Assembly: GCA_046318155.1 (NCBI GenBank)
Contig: JBKCUU010000041.1
Location: forward strand, 1 to 18,734
DNA from: Bdellovibrio sp.
GTDB lineage: Bacteria; Bdellovibrionota; Bdellovibrionia; Bdellovibrionales; Bdellovibrionaceae
Reading direction: 5' to 3'
DNA length: 18,734 bases
Positions 16,639 through 18,734 of the stretch are shown one piece after another; position 1 is the first letter of the stretch, and each line of letters opens with the position of its first letter. The position numbers and the translations under genes are program-made. The notes beneath the pieces were generated by a model. That model ran no database searches. It had not been told where the DNA came from and worked only from the letters and a program-made list of their open reading frames with translations.

Positions 16639-18708
16639 ATGTCAGCACATGATCCCAAAACTGTTTCTGAGCTCAAATGGACACGAAACTTCGGCATCAT
16701 GGCCCATATTGACGCGGGCAAAACCACCACCACCGAGCGCATTCTTTATTATTCAGGCAAAAGCCATAAGCTCGGCGAGGTCCATGATGGTGATGCGACT
16801 ATGGATTGGATGGAGCAAGAGCAAGAGCGCGGGATTACGATCACCGCGGCTGCGACAACGCTTTCTTGGAAAGACCATCGCATTAACGTCATTGATACTC
16901 CTGGGCACGTCGATTTCACGATCGAAGTCGAACGTTCGCTCCGCGTACTCGATGGCGCCATTGCTGTCTTTGACGGCGTGAACGGTGTTGAGCCTCAGTC
17001 TGAAACTGTTTGGCGACAAGGGGACAAGCATAAAGTTCCCCGCATTTGCTTTATCAATAAAATGGACCGCGTCGGTGCCGATTTCGTGATGAGCGTGAAT
17101 TCGATTCGCGATCGCCTTCAAGCGAATCCAATTCCCATTCAAATTCCAATTGGTCTCGAAGATACCTTTACGGGTGTTGTCGATTTGATCGAGAACAAGG
17201 CCTACGTCTGGGACGACAGTGGCAAAGGTGAGAAATTTCGCACGACCGATATTCCTGATGACATGAAAGAGATCGCCGCAAAAACCCGCCTCGATATGGT
17301 CGAGAAGATCGTCGAGTTCGATGATGCTTTGATCGAAAAATATTTGGGCGGCGAGGCCCTCACTCCGAATGAACTCAAGTCCGCCTTACGTAAGGGTGTT
17401 TTGTCTCTCAAAGCCTTTCCCGTTCTTTGCGGGGCTGCCTTTAAAAACAAAGGGGTGCAGCCGCTCTTGGACGCGGCGATTGAGTATTTGCCTAGCCCTC
17501 TCGATGTCCCCGCCATTGTCGGACACGATCCCGAAAGGCCGGACAAAGAAATCATCTGCAAGACCCATTTCGACGAGCCCGTAGCGGCTCTCGCGTTTAA
17601 AATTGCGACGGATCCTTTTGCGGGTTCGCTAACCTACATCCGCGTCTACTCTGGTATCGTCAGTGTCGGAGATCAGCTTTACAATCCTCGTACCGAAAAA
17701 AAAGAACGCATTCAAAAACTGGTGAAGATGCACGCAAACTCTCGCTCCGAAATTCAAGAGCTTCGCGCCGGTGATTTGGGAGCCGTGGTCGGTCTTAAAT
17801 TCAGCGGAACCGGAGACACTCTTTGTGAATCCAAACGCATCGTTGTTCTCGAAACCATCACGTTTCCTGAACCTGTGATTGCCGTGGCCGTTGAGGCAAA
17901 GTCTTCGGCAGATCAAGACAAAATGATGGCGGGTCTCGAGAAGCTCGTCAAAGAAGATCCATCAGCGCGCCTGCGAGCAGATGCTGAGACTGGACAGACC
18001 CTTCTGTCGGGAATGGGCGAGCTCCACCTCGAAATTTTGGTCGATCGCTTGCTTCGGGAACACAAAGTTCAAGCCAATGTCGGCCGCCCTCAGGTTTCTT
18101 ACCGTGAAACGATTACAAAGTCGGCAAACGGGGAGTACACCTACGACCGTCAAGTGGCTGGCGAAGACCAGTTCGCCAAAGTCGCATTCCACATCGAGCC
18201 GTTGTCTCGCGGAACAGGGATTCAGTTCGTGAACAAATCCCAGGTCCCTTTAGCGGCTCCACTTCTCAAAGCCATCGAAGCTGGATTCCGCGAAGCCGCC
18301 GAAGTCGGCCCCATCGCGAGTTACCCCATGATCGATGTTAAGGGGACATTGACCGCCTTTGAGGTCCGCGAGGACAAAGAGGCCTCGGAGATGAGCTTCA
18401 AGGCTGCTGCGTCGCTCGCGCTGCGTGAGGCCGTTAAAAACTCACACGCTGAATTGCTTGAACCCATGTTCAAACTTGAAGTCACGGCTCCCGACAATTT
18501 CGTGGGCAATGTCGTCGGAGATCTCAACAGCCGCCGCGGAAAAGTTCATTCGATGAACGTCAAGCCCGGGGGCGGACAGGTCATCTCGGCGGAGGCGCCT
18601 TTGGCGACGCTATTTGGGTACGCGACCGACCTGCGAAGTTTGACGCAGGGGCGCGCAAGCGTCTCGATGGAGTTCCTCGAGTATGCGTCGGTCCCCGCTC
18701 GTGTGTAG
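16639..18708 (+). CDS. fusA: Elongation factor G family GTPase (divergent domain IV; possibly recycling-type EF-G paralog)
   Basis: [19 protein letters not shown] and NKMD G-motifs are intact; [10 protein letters not shown] and [13 protein letters not shown] present; str-locus position. TAG at 18706 may be premature. Confidence 0.95.
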   Translation: MSAHDPKTVSELKWTRNFGIMAHIDAGKTTTTERILYYSGKSHKLGEVHDGDATMDWMEQEQERGITITAAATTLSWKDHRINVIDTPGHVDFTIEVERSLRVLDGAIAVFDGVNGVEPQSETVWRQGDKHKVPRICFINKMDRVGADFVMSVNSIRDRLQANPIPIQIPIGLEDTFTGVVDLIENKAYVWDDSGKGEKFRTTDIPDDMKEIAAKTRLDMVEKIVEFDDALIEKYLGGEALTPNELKSALRKGVLSLKAFPVLCGAAFKNKGVQPLLDAAIEYLPSPLDVPAIVGHDPERPDKEIICKTHFDEPVAALAFKIATDPFAGSLTYIRVYSGIVSVGDQLYNPRTEKKERIQKLVKMHANSRSEIQELRAGDLGAVVGLKFSGTGDTLCESKRIVVLETITFPEPVIAVAVEAKSSADQDKMMAGLEKLVKEDPSARLRADAETGQTLLSGMGELHLEILVDRLLREHKVQANVGRPQVSYRETITKSANGEYTYDRQVAGEDQFAKVAFHIEPLSRGTGIQFVNKSQVPLAAPLLKAIEAGFREAAEVGPIASYPMIDVKGTLTAFEVREDKEASEMSFKAAASLALREAVKNSHAELLEPMFKLEVTAPDNFVGNVVGDLNSRRGKVHSMNVKPGGGQVISAEAPLATLFGYATDLRSLTQGRASVSMEFLEYASVPARV

Positions 18709-18734
18709 CAGGATATCCTCACCCATGTAGTTCG

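Noticed and set aside
204..18527. Numerous antisense and alternative-frame ORFs overlapping the lipoprotein, rpl, rpo and fus genes
   Set aside because: Shadow ORFs arising from the codon bias of well-supported genes, with no recognisable motifs.

Overview
Core transcription/translation gene cluster of a bacterium that looks Bdellovibrionota/deltaproteobacterial-like (inferred from RpoB/RpoC sequence, proteobacterial-type RNAP inserts and a divergent str-locus EF-G). Order: rplK-rplA-[L10 leader]-rplJ-rplL, rpoB-rpoC, rpsL-rpsG-fusA. Accessory DNA interrupts the cluster. (i) Upstream of rplK, where nusG usually sits, is a translationally coupled triplet of paralogous C-x30-C lipoprotein genes. 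It is bracketed by two inverted, homologous long-stem three-way-junction palindromic elements that share a core but have largely different stems. (ii) Between rplL and rpoB are a doubly frameshifted lipoprotein pseudogene and a convergent lipoprotein gene. (iii) The ~660 bp rpoC-rpsL spacer is packed with covarying direct repeats and inverted repeats. fusA is cut off from rpsL-rpsG by a terminator, has a candidate promoter of its own, and has lost the domain IV translocation loop motifs, suggesting a recycling-specialised EF-G paralog. No rRNA, tRNA, CRISPR array or transposase was seen.
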